A stretch of 63,851 bases of DNA, filler included, from Octopus bimaculoides (Eukaryota), in assembly GCF_001194135.2 (NCBI RefSeq). It is 5 parts of 4 records of this genome, joined end to end, with 100 filler letters (N's around TTAATTAATTAA, not from the genome) between each part and the next. Parts side by side here need not be neighbours in the genome. Positions count along the whole stretch, not along the records: positions 21,538 to 38,412 come from NC_068986.1; 4 more parts are not named here. One strand, given 5' to 3'. Position 1 is the first letter of the stretch. Every line of letters begins with the position of its first letter. The translations under genes and the position numbers were made by a program. The notes under the pieces are model-generated. The model saw only the letters and a list, made by a program, of their open reading frames with translations. It did no database searches and was not told the DNA's origin. Below are positions 25,791-38,512 of the stretch, piece after piece.

Positions 25791-26534
25791 CGTCTACACA
25801 CTTACCCTATAACTCACGTACATCCATAAGTACATACGTGCATACTCACATACATACATATATACATATATACATACATGTGTATAGGCATGCACACATG
25901 CATACGCATGTACACAGATGCATACGCGCACACATGNNNNNNNNNNNNNNNNNNNNNNNNNNNNNNNNNNNNNNNNNNNNNNNNNNNNNNNNNNNNNNNN
26001 NNNNNNNNNNNNNNNNNNNNNNNNNNNNNNNNNNNNNNNNNNNNNNNNNNNNNNNNNNNNNNNNNNNNNNNNNNNNNNNNNNNNNNNNNNNNNNNNNNNN
26101 NNNNNNNNNNNNNNNNNNNNNNNNNNNNNNNNNNNNNNNNNNNNNNNNNNNNNNNNNNNNNNNNNNNNNNNNNNNNNNNNNNNNNNNNNNNNNNNNNNNN
26201 NNNNNNNNNNNNNNNNNNNNNNNNNNNNNNNNNNNNNNNNNNNNNNNNNNNNNNNNNNNNNNNNNNNNNNNNNNNNNNNNNNNNNNNNNNNNNNNNNNNN
26301 NNNNNNNNNNNNNNNNNNNNNNNNNNNNNNNNTAAATCGATTAAAATTATCGAAAATCAATTCTATTCAAAAATACAGCTAATCTTCAGGTCAAAATACA
26401 ATAATAATAGTAAATAAATGTATATATCAACCAACAATAAGTACCAAATGAATTTATATAAAATACTTATTGTATAAAGATAGAAAAATATTATTAAAAA
26501 TATCAAAATAATAAACATTCCATAATCAACCCTA

Positions 26535-26965
26535 CATCCATTAAGCTCTGCAGTAATTTTGGGAGCTGTACTTTTGTGATCCTTTCTAACATTTCGCGTA
26601 AGAGTCCGACGCTCCCTATCTGAATGTTTTGGCTTTCTTCTGAAGTTTTGTTTTGACGAGGAGGTTTACCCTTTTCTCAAAGGCTGTAATTTCTTTCGAG
26701 AAAGTACTTCTTGATATACCAAACACTTCAGCTGTTTTCGTTACGCTAGCGCTTCCCATACGAGCACCAACAACTTGACATCTTTGAAAGTCCGATAGAC
26801 CTGTCATTTTTAATGAATCTTAATTACCTTTTTTTGATGACATCTGAAAATAAACAGCAATTTTAGCAAAACATATTAAGCAACGCTAATAATAAATCAA
26901 AAGACATAAAAATAAACAAGCTTTTGCTATGCTGCTAGGTGTTTCTATTATTTTGTCCAACCCTG
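26535..26965 (-). mobile_element. Tc1-family transposon 5' end: TIR plus N-terminal HTH of transposase (pseudogene)
   Basis: Terminus TA|CAGGGTTGGACAAAATAATAGAAACACC at 26965. MTGLSDFQRCQVVGARMGSASVTKTAEVFGISRSTFSK, then frameshifted KQNFRRKPKHSDRERRTLTRNVRKDHKSTAPKITAELN, a Tc1 paired-HTH signature. Confidence 0.88.
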
Positions 26966-27639
26966 TATATATATATATATANNNNNNNNNNNNNNNNNNN
27001 NNNNNNNNNNNNNNNNNNNNNNNNNNNNNNNNNNNNNNNNNNNNNNNNNNNNNNNNNNNNNNNNNNNNNNNNNNNNNNNNNNNNNNNNNNNNNNNNNNNN
27101 NNNNNNNNNNNNNNNNNNNNNNNNNNNNNNNNNNNNNNNNNNNNNNNNNNNNNNNNNNNNNNNNNNNNNNNNNNNNNNNNNNNNNNNNNNNNNNNNNNNN
27201 NNNNNNNNNNNNNNNNNNNNNNNNNNNNNNNNNNNNNNNNNNNNNNNNNNNNNNNNNNNNNNNNNNNNNNNNNNNNNNNNNNNNNNNNNNNNNNNNNNNN
27301 NNNNNNNNNNNNNNNNNNNNNNNNNNNNNNNNNNNNNNNNNNNNNNNNNNNNNNNNNNNNNNNNNNNNNNNNNNNNNNNNNNNNNNNNNNNNNNNNNNNN
27401 NNNNNNNNNNNNNNNNNNNNNNNNNNNNNNNNNNNNNNNNNNNNNNNNNNNNNNNNNNNNNNNNNNNNNNNNNNNNNNNNNNNNNNNNNNNNNNNNNNNN
27501 NNNNNNNNNNNNNNNNNNNNNNNNNNNNNNNNNNNNNNNNNNNNNNNNNNNNNNNNNNNNNNNNNNNNNNNNNNNNNNNNNNNNNNNNNNNNNNNNNNNN
27601 NNNNNNNNNNNNNNNNNNNNNNNNNNNNNNNNNNNNNNN

Positions 27640-27693
<54 letters not shown>

Positions 27694-27844
27694 GTACAAA
27701 ATTTTATATCTACCTATATACATGTATATATATATACACACATGTATATACATATATATGATATATATTTGTATTTACATATATATATATACATATATAT
27801 ATATACATATATATATGTATATATACATATATATATACATATAC

Positions 27845-27947
<103 letters not shown>

Positions 27948-28446
27948 CTTTATCGACCCTGCAGCGCTCTGAACAACGAAACACCTGGAAAGTAACAGCA
28001 ATATTAATATTTGTCGTTGAATCCTGTTGCCTCATAAAAGGTAAAATACAAAAGTGACAGCTTTGAATTATTCACTGTGTGCTCAGGAAGGTTTAATTAT
28101 TAATGTAATAATAATATTCGATAAATTGATTTCCTTATTCGTCATTTAATACGAAAATATTGATGAGATTATACAAACAGAAACTTATTTTTGGTATGAT
28201 ATTTCTTGCTTATTTGCAATTGCTTATCTTCCCAAGATCTTATGAAGAATATCAAATAGAAGATGAGTGCTTTAGGAAAAACCTGTATTTAAAAGGAATT
28301 CTATACTCATTTCAAAAACTTAAACATTTACTCCCCACCTCTCTCTCTCTCCCTCCTCAAATATGGTAACACAATGCCGAACATTACGAATTTGTAATCT
28401 CTTTCAGAACCTAAATTGCTGATAATATCATATATATATATATATA

Positions 28447-28488
<42 letters not shown>

Positions 28489-28901
28489 CATACGCATACA
28501 TACATACATACATACACACCACGCACACAATCTTGTATCTACACATTTATATCATTTCATATATCATATAACCAGATGATTTTTTAAAGCCTGTTTTCCC
28601 CGTTATGTATAAGGGAGAAAGTATGATATCATACATCAAATGTCCTCTAAAAGAGGAAATTGAGGCACAAAAATACGTTAGATACTTACTACAGAAGAAA
28701 TATAATGTAACTGGTAGAGGTGAAAGAATAATATGATGAAATAAACATGTTTATAAATGGCCTTAATAAAAGAGAGCATTCTTGAATTTTATCTTATTCA
28801 TGTCATTCCTGGAGTCCAGTCTCAGTTGCTCGCTGCGCAATCCATTAACTCAGATAACGCTAGTTCATTGGCTGAGCAGGTTGGGTTTTCTTTTTTAAAT
28901 T

Positions 28902-29572
28902 AATGGTTTCAACATTTGACACAGGGCCAGTAGTTACTCAAAGGAAGGGGAAGTCGATTACATTGATCCCAGTCTTTACCTGGTAGTTATTTTATCGATC
29001 CCCCAATGGGATGAAAAGCAAAGTCGATCTCAGTGAGATATGAACTCCAAACGTAAAGACGGACGAAATGTTGCTAAGTATTTTGCCCGACGGCCTACAC
29101 TTTCTGCCAGCCCGCCGCCTTAATGTCCAAAATCAATATTGGTTTCAAATTTTGGCAATGGGCCAGCAATTTCGGCGAGGAGCAAGACGATTACATCGAC
29201 CCCAGCGCTCAACTGCTATTTGTTTTAGTGACCCCGGAAGGATGAAAGGAAAAGTCGACTTCAGCGGAATTTGAAATCAGAACGTAGCGGCAGACGAAAT
29301 ACCGCTAAGCAATTTGCCCGGTGTGCTAGCGATTCTGCCAGCTCGCCGCCTTGATGTCCAGAATAAATATTTATTTTTTTATTGACTTCAAATTTTGGCA
29401 CAAAGCCAGTAATTTCTGTGGAGGGGTCAGTTGATTACCTCGACCACTAATACTTATTTTATTGACCCTGAAATGATGAAAGGCAAAGTGGACCTTGGAA
29501 GGTATCGAAGAAAGACGAAACACTGCTAAGCATTTTACCCGGCGAACTAAAGATTCTGTCAGCTCACCACCC
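28902..29572 (-). mobile_element. Head-to-tail trimer of SINE type D (28902-29121, 29135-29352, 29381-29572)
   Basis: Three successive copies of ggatgaaa(g)gcaaagtcga...gaa(a/c)tcagaacgta...ctgccagctcgccgcctt. Confidence 0.9.
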
Positions 29573-29742
29573 TATAGATTGTAAGTATTGGGTTTTAAAA
29601 AATCCCTTTGGTTAGGAAGAAACAGAGACTTCCTGTAAGACTCGAATTCATATCTGTAAACATGACAGAATATGTGGGTTGGAACCCCATGGGTAGCTTT
29701 CGATATTTTAACCCTTTATTTTCACATTCTTTATAGATTTAT

Positions 29743-30005
29743 CTTGTGGCAAGGATGGCCCAGCTGAATAATGGGCCTACTCTAAACATACGCTTGTAAG
29801 CCGGAGGCGCTGAAGAGTGCGGTACCTACCTGAGGTGCCCTTGGCAGTTGTGAGGACCAGTATGTATTGGGCTATTGATTAGTCCGGGTGAAACACCCCC
29901 TTTTGGGGAAATTTTATTCTTTAATTTTTTTGTTGTTAATTGTCCCTTGTGCTATGCTGCCCCTTTTTGCTTTGTGCTCGGCCCTGATAGCCAGCAACGA
30001 AAAGA
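29743..30005 (+). mobile_element. Short 3' end of a LINE related to the 23250-23815 element
   Basis: LVARMAQLNNGPTLNIRL* (stop 29797-29799) parallels VARMARMTDEATLTMIL*; followed by a UTR ending ttgtgctcggccctgatagccagcaacgaaaaga. Confidence 0.55.
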
Positions 30006-30297
30006 TTCTTTACAGTTTTATTTATTTCGTGTTCCACAGTTAAAATTGAGTTAATACACGTCTCTCAGCGTCTCTTAATTCTTATGACATTATTTATCTT
30101 GTTTTCGTAATATGTTAAAATACTTTCTAAGGTTTCCTGTATTTTCCCGAGGACTGATTATAACACTTGTACCTGTAGAAATTAGAATTTAGAAAACTGG
30201 CAATGGCGTGTTTCCTGTTGTTACAATTGTAATGAAATAAAACGGAAACCTGGAGAGATATTTAGCCAGAATGAATAAATGAGTACAATAAATAATT

Positions 30298-30329
<32 letters not shown>

Positions 30330-30483
30330 AGAGAAAAGAAGGGCAGTAATGCAGAGTGAAGGAAAATAATTATAATCAATTATAAAGAAGACGAAGAAGA
30401 AATAAGAAGATGGAATTTAAAGAGGACATAAAAAGAAATAAATGATGCAAAGAATTATATATATGTGTGTGTGTGTATATATA

Positions 30484-30517
<34 letters not shown>

Positions 30518-30580
30518 AATGTATATGTATATATGTAGACATGAATATATATATATATATATATATATACATTTATATAA

Positions 30581-30614
<34 letters not shown>

Positions 30615-31146
30615 NNNNNNNNNNNNNNNNNNNNNNNNNNNNNNNNNNNNNNNNNNNNNNNNNNNNNNNNNNNNNNNNNNNNNNNNNNNNNNNNNNNNNN
30701 NNNNNNNNNNNNNNNNNNNNNNNNNNNNNNNNNNNNNNNNNNNNNNNNNNNNNNNNNNNNNNNNNNNNNNNNNNNNNNNNNNNNNNNNNNNNNNNNNNNN
30801 NNNNNNNNNNNNNNNNNNNNNNNNNNNNNNNNNNNNNNNNNNNNNNNNNNNNNNNNNNNNNNNNNNNNNNNNNNNNNNNNNNNNNNNNNNNNNNNNNNNN
30901 NNNNNNNNNNNNNNNNNNNNNNNNNNNNNNNNNNNNNNNNNNNNNNNNNNNNNNNNNNNNNNNNNNNNNNNNNNNNNNNNNNNNNNNNNNNNNNNNNNNN
31001 NNNNNNNNNNNNNNNNNNNNNNNNNNNNNNNNNNNNNNNNNNNNNNNNNNNNNNNNNNNNNNNNNNNNNNNNNNNNNNNNNNNNNNNNNNNNNNNNNNNN
31101 NNNNNNNNNNNNNNNNNNNNNNNNNNNNNNNNNNNNNNNNNNNNNN

Positions 31147-31174
<28 letters not shown>

Positions 31175-31177
<3 letters not shown>

Positions 31178-31215
31178 GCAAAGATACCCGGCGTTGCTCG
31201 GGATTAAAATAGCAT
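31175..31215 (-). mobile_element. Helitron 3' terminus (hairpin plus CTAR)
   Basis: Minus strand CCCGagcaacgcCGGG tatctttg CTAA; canonical Helitron subterminal hairpin 8 nt before a CTAG-like end. Confidence 0.75.
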
Positions 31216-31619
31216 AGTTTGTATATAATACATTACAGTTATGTTGAAACAGGTGATATGGGAAAGTGCAGCATTGACCGCAAAACATTTGTGGGTTAAA
31301 GGGAACCAATGAGGTGATAGACTTGCCCTTGAACTTTGACGTCGTCGTAAATTCATGTTTATCTATCTTTTTAGATGCACCAAACGATGTCATTTGCAGA
31401 GTTGTATCGTGTGATATTGTTCAGAAAATCCTTTGACTGGATGGAAATGCCTTCTAGAGGATCCATAAGAGATTGAGAAGGAGCTGGGAGTGATAGTGAT
31501 GTTACCTGAGCAGCACAAACCATTTGTTTCATTTGAAAATTTTAAAGCTTTAGAGAAAAGACTTTGTGTTTGACACACCAATTTGGACAGAGTTATTATT
31601 TTTATAAGAATAGGCTTTT

Positions 31620-31710
31620 AAAAACTAAGTACTGGGATCAATTCGTTCGACTAAACCTTTCATTGCGGTGCCTCGGCGTGTCAGCAGTCTAATCACTGAA
31701 ATAAAATTAG
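31620..31710 (+). mobile_element. SINE-related repeat type C fragment
   Basis: aagtactgggatcaattcgttcgactaaacctttcattgcggtgcctcggcgtg...aatcactgaaa. Confidence 0.5.
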
Positions 31711-33021
31711 GAGCAAAAGTTTGCAAAGAAGTTTCATTCGGTTCACGCTTTATAGCAGATTATCTAGGTCACAGCACTTATTATAGAATATAGTTTCCCT
31801 AAAGTGCTTGTGTTTACCCTTAAAACCAAACTTTACAGCTCCCTTTGGCAAGTATTCCCTGATTCACTTGGCATGTTTCTGTTAAATCTATGTGAAAAGG
31901 GGGGGGGGCGCTGGAAGTCCCTTTTCTCTACAAAAATCTTTTCAGTCCCCTCTCTCCCTCTCTCTCTCTTTTACTCTCTTTGTGTTCCTCCCCTCTATGA
32001 TCTATTGCTAACCTATGACTTTCGCGGCTTTACTCTGGCAAACATCCAATGCAACAGTAATCAATCTTTGATTAATAACATTCCTGCTGTAGGTTATACA
32101 TCTTGTTTACCTTGATGTAGATAAACAGTTGCTTCAAAGGGATGCAAGCTTTGAGCAACAAAATCCTTTTCAAAAAAAAAAAGACATCCATAACAGTAAC
32201 AACGACAATAGTAGCAATAATAACAGCTACAATAGCAATGCTAGTAAGAATAACATCAACGAGTAGAATACATATACCAATAACAAAAACAATGGGATGT
32301 TATTTAATAAGGAATATCAGTTTCAAGCATTTACCTATTGCCGGCTGTATCTTATGTTCTACGTCCTCCTTATCTTCTACTCACACCTCCAATAATATCA
32401 ACCTTCTTGATAATTTACATAGGTTGTAGATTTTCTTGGTTTGGCTCTCAGCCCATCTCCTGTCAAAACTAACTTTCGGAAGAAAAAAAAAGAATTAATA
32501 AAACTTCTCTCCCTCTCTTTCGCTTCTTCTTTTTTTTTTTTTTTTTTTCTTTCACTAGTACATAACTTTCAACTTATCTTCTGATAAACACAATCATGTG
32601 TTTATGCTACAATGCTGTGGAACTTGATAGGATTTCGAAACTTCTAAAGCAATGTTCTTGAACTCAATATTCATCTCCAACTCGATTCTTGAGAAATACT
32701 CACAGAGCTTTATTTGGCCTTCGCAATTTTCTGAACACTATTTTATCCCTGAGAGAGAGAGAGAGAAAAACAGAAAACAACAGAATCCCCTCTAAACTGA
32801 ACCGAGAGAGATTGTTGCATGATCCCAACAGTTACCCTTTGTTCTAAGTCGGGACTCAAGAGTGACTTAGCTTGGGATCCCAAGGCAGTGTTTCCCAGCC
32901 CTTTCGTATCTATGGACCCCTTTGGTTTCTATTTTACTCAGATGGACCCTCTTAGCCAACCGATGTTTAAAAAACCCTCTATTTTTATAATAAATATCAT
33001 TAGGCATTGTGTAAAAAAAAA

Positions 33022-33172
33022 TCGGGGTCAATTAAATAAGTACCAGTTACGAACTAGGATCGATGTAATCGATTTAATCCCTTCCCCCAACTTTGAAGCT
33101 TTGTGCTTCCGGTAAAAAGAATTATTACAATTATTATTATTATTATTATTATCATCATTATTATTATTATTA

Positions 33173-33241
<69 letters not shown>

Positions 33242-33460
33242 GGGCGGCGAATAGGCAGGATCGTTAGCATGCCGGGCAAAATGCTTAGCGGCATTTCGCC
33301 TGTCTTTTCGATCTGAGCTCAAATTCCGCCGAAGTCGACTTTGCCTTTCATCCTCCCGGAGACGACAAATTAAGTACCTATCAAGTACAGGGATCGATGT
33401 GATTGACTATCCCCCTCCCAACAAATTCCAGGTCTTGTGCCTATAATAGAAAGGATTATT
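33022..33460 (+). mobile_element. SINE type D 3' half, (ATT)n tract, then full SINE type D with (ATT)/(AGT) tail
   Basis: 33022-33125 ggggtcaattaaataagtaccag...; 33241-33460 agggcggcgaataggcaggatcgttagc...gtcttgtgcctataatagaaaggattattatt. Confidence 0.88.
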
Positions 33461-33489
33461 ATTATTATTAGTAGTAGTAGTAGTAGTAA

Positions 33490-33526
<37 letters not shown>

Positions 33527-33879
33527 CAACCGTTTTTCTTGTGTTTTGTTGACATTGTTATCAGAGTGTGGTGAAGCAATTATTTTCTTAGAATTGCTAT
33601 CAACATGAACAGCTTGACATCATCCGGTCATTATTTCGGATAACATTCTAACGACGCCATCATCTCCACTGACATAGCGTTATCTTTCCTCATATCAATG
33701 ACGTCATCTGGTGACGTTTTAACTGCACCAGGGAAAAGTTTTGACGTCATCAGATGATGAAAGGAACTTTTCGAAATAAAATTTACCAATATGAATTGCA
33801 TCTAAGTGAGATGTCACTTGAAAATCTTAACCATTATATAAATTAAACTGAAACATTTGTGTAGTCAATTCAAATGAGC

Positions 33880-33995
33880 GTGTGTGTGTGAGAGAGAGTG
33901 TGTGTGTGTGAGAGAGTGTGTGTGTGTGAGAGAGTGTGTGTGTGTGAGAGAGTGTGTGTGTGTGAGAGAGTGTGTGTGTGTGAGAGAGTGTGTGT
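33880..33995. repeat. Higher-order 18-bp unit (GA)3(GT)6, about 6 copies
   Basis: Direct reading; produces the SHTHTL repeats of ORF 33827-34012. Confidence 0.85.
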
Positions 33996-34112
33996 GCATC
34001 ACGTGATCGCATGATCGACTGGACTATAAGGATGTTGTAATATATCGCTTGTCACAATGCGCTTTACATGGTTATTATATACATGTGTGGTGTGTGTGTG
34101 TGTGTGTGTGTG

Positions 34113-34498
34113 TGGAGGCGCAATGGTCCAGTGGTTAGGGCAGCGGACTCGCGGTCATAGGATCGCAGTTTCGATTCCCAGACAGGACGTTGTGAGTGTT
34201 TATTGAGCGAAAACACATAAAGTTCCACGAGGTTCCAGCAGGGGATGGTGGCGAACCCTGCTGCACTCTTTCACCACAACTTTCTCTCACTCTTACTTCC
34301 TGTTTCTGCTGTGCCTGTAATTCAAAGGGCCAGCCTTGTCACACTGTGTCATGCTGAATATCCCCCGAGAACTACGTTAAGGGTACACGTGTCTGTGGAG
34401 TGCTCAGCCACTTGCACGTTAATTTCACGAGCAGGCTGTTCCATTGATCGGATCAACCGGAACCCTCGACGTCGTAAGCGACGGAGTGCAAACAACAT
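34113..34498 (+). mobile_element. Full-length tRNA-derived SINE type A inserted in (TG)n
   Basis: Head ggaggcgcaatggtccagtggttagggcagcggactcgcggtcataggatcgcagtttcgattccc (A and B boxes), body and tail ...gacgtcgtaagcgacggagtgcaaacaac; TG repeats on both flanks. Confidence 0.92.
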
Positions 34499-35289
34499 GT
34501 GTGTGTGTGTGCATGACCGTATACATATATACATGTGTATATGTGTGTGTATGCATGAATGTATGCATATATACTTGTGGTTGTGCGCATGACCATATGA
34601 ATATATACGTGTGTGTGTTGTGTGTGTATCACGTGATCGTATGATCGACTGAACTACAAGGATGTTATCATATATCGCTGGTCACAATGCGCTTTTCATG
34701 GTTATCAGCTTTCGAATGATGGTTTTGAGAACTGCTAGACTACACCTTTGTGTTGAAACCATCAGAAGAGAGTCGCTTGAAAAACAAGTCTGCGACGATT
34801 GGCACCTGCGCGATTAGTACCAGAAAAAAAAACATTAATATGAAACCTTCTACTGAAAGCACTTTTAAATAAAGGCTTTAGAAATACACAATGCTATTTG
34901 TAACAACGATATTTTGTGCTTTACACACAATGTTTCACTATCTATTCATCGACACCTTTGTACGTCTACCTATTTAATATATTGTATCAGAACACACGTA
35001 ATTTAATATTTACCCAAGATGTTTTGTCTATTGAAGACACCCATTACTTAAAGACTTAGAAACAGTTGCGTTGATAGGACTCATTGAAAAAAAAATCAGA
35101 ATTTTTTTATTTATTTGGTGAAGAGGCCGTAGGTCATTTTTATAGCGGGGGCGTATGGGATAGGGAGCTACTTGACTGACTTCATTTTTGTGTATTCTTA
35201 CATCCAGACTTCCTTCTAGTAAAGTCAAATGGCACTCCTCTTTCTTGCTTGTTCATTGCCTGGATTAACATTTTTTGTTTAGGTGCTGG

Positions 35290-35650
35290 ATAGCCACGTG
35301 TTAAGAAGCTGGCTGCATTACCATAACATCTCAAGTTCGATCATTCTGCGTGGCATCTTGGGCAAATATTTTTTTTTATATATAGCCACGAATGGCCCCA
35401 TAGACTGTGAGTGAAATTGCGTAGACGGAATCTGTTGGATTGATTGTGTCGAAAATTCAACTGTAAAACCTTGTCACTCATATTTTGCCCGAGAATTACG
35501 TTTAGAGTATCAAAACTTCACCGGAGGCATGCTTTACTTATCACATCATTTCACAGAAACGTTATGTTTCTGCGGAATACTCAACCAAGTATCCATTAAT
35601 TCAGAATTCAGTTGATCTAACGACTGAATCCTCATCATCGAACGACGGAA
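35290..35650 (+). mobile_element. Degenerate SINE type B followed by degenerate type A tail
   Basis: caagttcgatcattctgcgtggcatcttgggcaaa...gtgagtgaaattgcgtagacggaa, then aaccttgtcac...ccgagaattacgtt. Confidence 0.55.
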
Positions 35651-36039
35651 GTTCGTTCACTTTTTCCATAAGTACCTGCATTTTGTGTGGTCATTGTCTG
35701 GTCATTTTGTGTGGTCATTTTGTGTGATCATTGTCTCCTTATTGTGCCTTCTTTTATCTTTAATATGGACAGTGCTGCAAGGACTGATTCTCATTGTCAA
35801 CATGTTCAGCAAAACATCATTTCAGTAGTATTTTCCAGATTAAAAATAAATCAAACTCAGTCCTCGTGACGTACCTCCTTTCAATGACTAATTACTTTTG
35901 ATTCAGTAGGTATTCCCTTTTCTCTCTCCTATATGTAAAATAGCCATTAAAGCTCATGTATTTTATTTTTTCTCCGTCCATTTAAGCACTAATCTACTAC
36001 GCTTTCTCAGTTCTCTCCACCATCCTAAGCTCAGAGATT

Positions 36040-36255
36040 GTTGGTTTCAAATTTTGGCAGAAGGCCAGCAATTTCAAGGAGGGGACAAGTCGGTGAGATC
36101 AACCTCAGTGTTTTACTGATACTTATTATTTTATCGACTTCGAAAGGATGAAAGGCAAAGTCGACCTCGGCGGAATTTGAACTTAGAACGTTAAGACGGA
36201 CGAAATACCGCTGAGCATTTTGCCCGGCGTGCTAACGATTCAGCCAACTCGCTGT
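36040..36255 (-). mobile_element. SINE type D with apparent 14-bp target-site duplication
   Basis: Near-consensus core; flanks cctaagctcagaga (36024-36037) and cctgagctcaggga (36256-36269), 12/14 identical. Confidence 0.92.
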
Positions 36256-36859
36256 CCTGAGCTCAGGGAATATTAACAATCCTTTCATGCGGTCGGTGAC
36301 ACTGTCTCACCTACCACCACTACTGACGCCATTACTGCCATCATCTGAAGTGGGTTACATTATAATCAGATTCCTTTATTAAATATCATTTTATATTTCT
36401 TTACAAGGTCAATGTTTAAAAAAAAACTGTTTGTAAATAGAACAACTTATAAAACAATATAAATTCACCAATGAAAGCAAATACTGATAAATATACTTCT
36501 GTGCGTATGCATGAAGTAAATTGTGTATATATCTATATTCACATATGTACATATGTATGTATGTACGTATGCACGTATGTATGTATGTATGTGCAAGAAT
36601 TCAACTCAGATACTTTCACTTCTTCTGGGCTATTAATGTCTAACTTTTTTCTGATTTTCTTTTCTTTATCATATCACCACTTGCAACGAACGAATCCTGT
36701 TTATTCAGTAACGAAGTTATTATATTGCTATACATTTCTAATAAGATTAACTTCTAATAATTTATAGATTTGAGATATGAACTGCGTGTTTCGGAATTTG
36801 TGTGTGAGCATGTTTGTGTGGAAGGTAGTGTCTTATATGTGCATCTATCTATCTATCTA

Positions 36860-36890
<31 letters not shown>

Positions 36891-37944
36891 NNNNNNNNNN
36901 NNNNNNNNNNNNNNNNNNNNNNNNNNNNNNNNNNNNNNNNNNNNNNNNNNNNNNNNNNNNNNNNNNNNNNNNNNNNNNNNNNNNNNNNNNNNNNNNNNNN
37001 NNNNNNNNNNNNNNNNNNNNNNNNNNNNNNNNNNNNNNNNNNNNNNNNNNNNNNNNNNNNNNNNNNNNNNNNNNNNNNNNNNNNNNNNNNNNNNNNNNNN
37101 NNNNNNNNNNNNNNNNNNNNNNNNNNNNNNNNNNNNNNNNNNNNNNNNNNNNNNNNNNNNNNNNNNNNNNNNNNNNNNNNNNNNNNNNNNNNNNNNNNNN
37201 NNNNNNNNNNNNNNNNNNNNNNNNNNNNNNNNNNNNNNNNNNNNNNNNNNNNNNNNNNNNNNNNNNNNNNNNNNNNNNNNNNNNNNNNNNNNNNNNNNNN
37301 NNNNNNNNNNNNNNNNNNNNNNNNNNNNNNNNNNNNNNNNNNNNNNNNNNNNNNNNNNNNNNNNNNNNNNNNNNNNNNNNNNNNNNNNNNNNNNNNNNNN
37401 NNNNNNNNNNNNNNNNNNNNNNNNNNNNNNNNNNNNNNNNNNNNNNNNNNNNNNNNNNNNNNNNNNNNNNNNNNNNNNNNNNNNNNNNNNNNNNNNNNNN
37501 NNNNNNNNNNNNNNNNNNNNNNNNNNNNNNNNNNNNNNNNNNNNNNNNNNNNNNNNNNNNNNNNNNNNNNNNNNNNNNNNNNNNNNNNNNNNNNNNNNNN
37601 NNNNNNNNNNNNNNNNNNNNNNNNNNNNNNNNNNNNNNNNNNNNNNNNNNNNNNNNNNNNNNNNNNNNNNNNNNNNNNNNNNNNNNNNNNNNNNNNNNNN
37701 NNNNNNNNNNNNNNNNNNNNNNNNNNNNNNNNNNNNNNNNNNNNNNNNNNNNNNNNNNNNNNNNNNNNNNNNNNNNNNNNNNNNNNNNNNNNNNNNNNNN
37801 NNNNNNNNNNNNNNNNNNNNNNNNNNNNNNNNNNNNNNNNNNNNNNNNNNNNNNNNATATATACATAAATACATAAATGCATACATACATACATACATAC
37901 ATGCATACAGAAATGTGTGCGTACTGTGTATGCATCTGTAGAGG

Positions 37945-38021
<77 letters not shown>

Positions 38022-38377
38022 GCATACATATTAACTTACACGCAAATACACACAAAATTAACTGAATACCTTCAATATACCTATTTGCATCATGCAAGGA
38101 CGGTTATCCACCCCTTACAACACCCGTTATCTTCACTAGTTATGCCTCCCACTTTCTATAAGTTATGCTAGAAATAGCATCTCGATACCACACTCTTACA
38201 TCCTCTTCACCACACAAAATGAGTGGGTGGAATTTGAAGTGGTAACAAAACACGACAATTTAATAGCTATATACTCTTTCTCCCTCTGTCTCAGTATAGC
38301 TTTCTCATATGTGTGTGTGCATTTGTGTGTGTGTGTGTGTAGCTACATTATTTCCTCTCTCTCACTCTATGTATGTG

Positions 38378-38412
<35 letters not shown>

Positions 38413-38512
38413 NNNNNNNNNNNNNNNNNNNNNNNNNNNNNNNNNNNNNNNNNNNNTTAATTAATTAANNNNNNNNNNNNNNNNNNNNNNNNNNNNNNNN
38501 NNNNNNNNNNNN
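38413..38512. other. Scaffolding linker artefact N44-TTAATTAATTAA-N44
   Basis: Same 100-bp construct as 21438. Confidence 0.95.

Noticed and set aside
28902-29572. CRISPR-like or satellite array interpretation of regularly spaced repeats
   Set aside because: Eukaryotic context; units are about 220-bp SINEs with no unique spacers or cas genes
32385-32459. 75-nt minus-strand candidate exon (ttttgacAG ... GTGAGT; RWAESQTKKIYNLCKLSRRLILLE)
   Set aside because: No recognisable homology, weak -1 donor base, and such pairs are expected by chance in 64 kb
34113-34185. tRNA-like sequence
   Set aside because: It is the head of a SINE: no proper acceptor stem closure, and it continues into a repeat body also found at 13795
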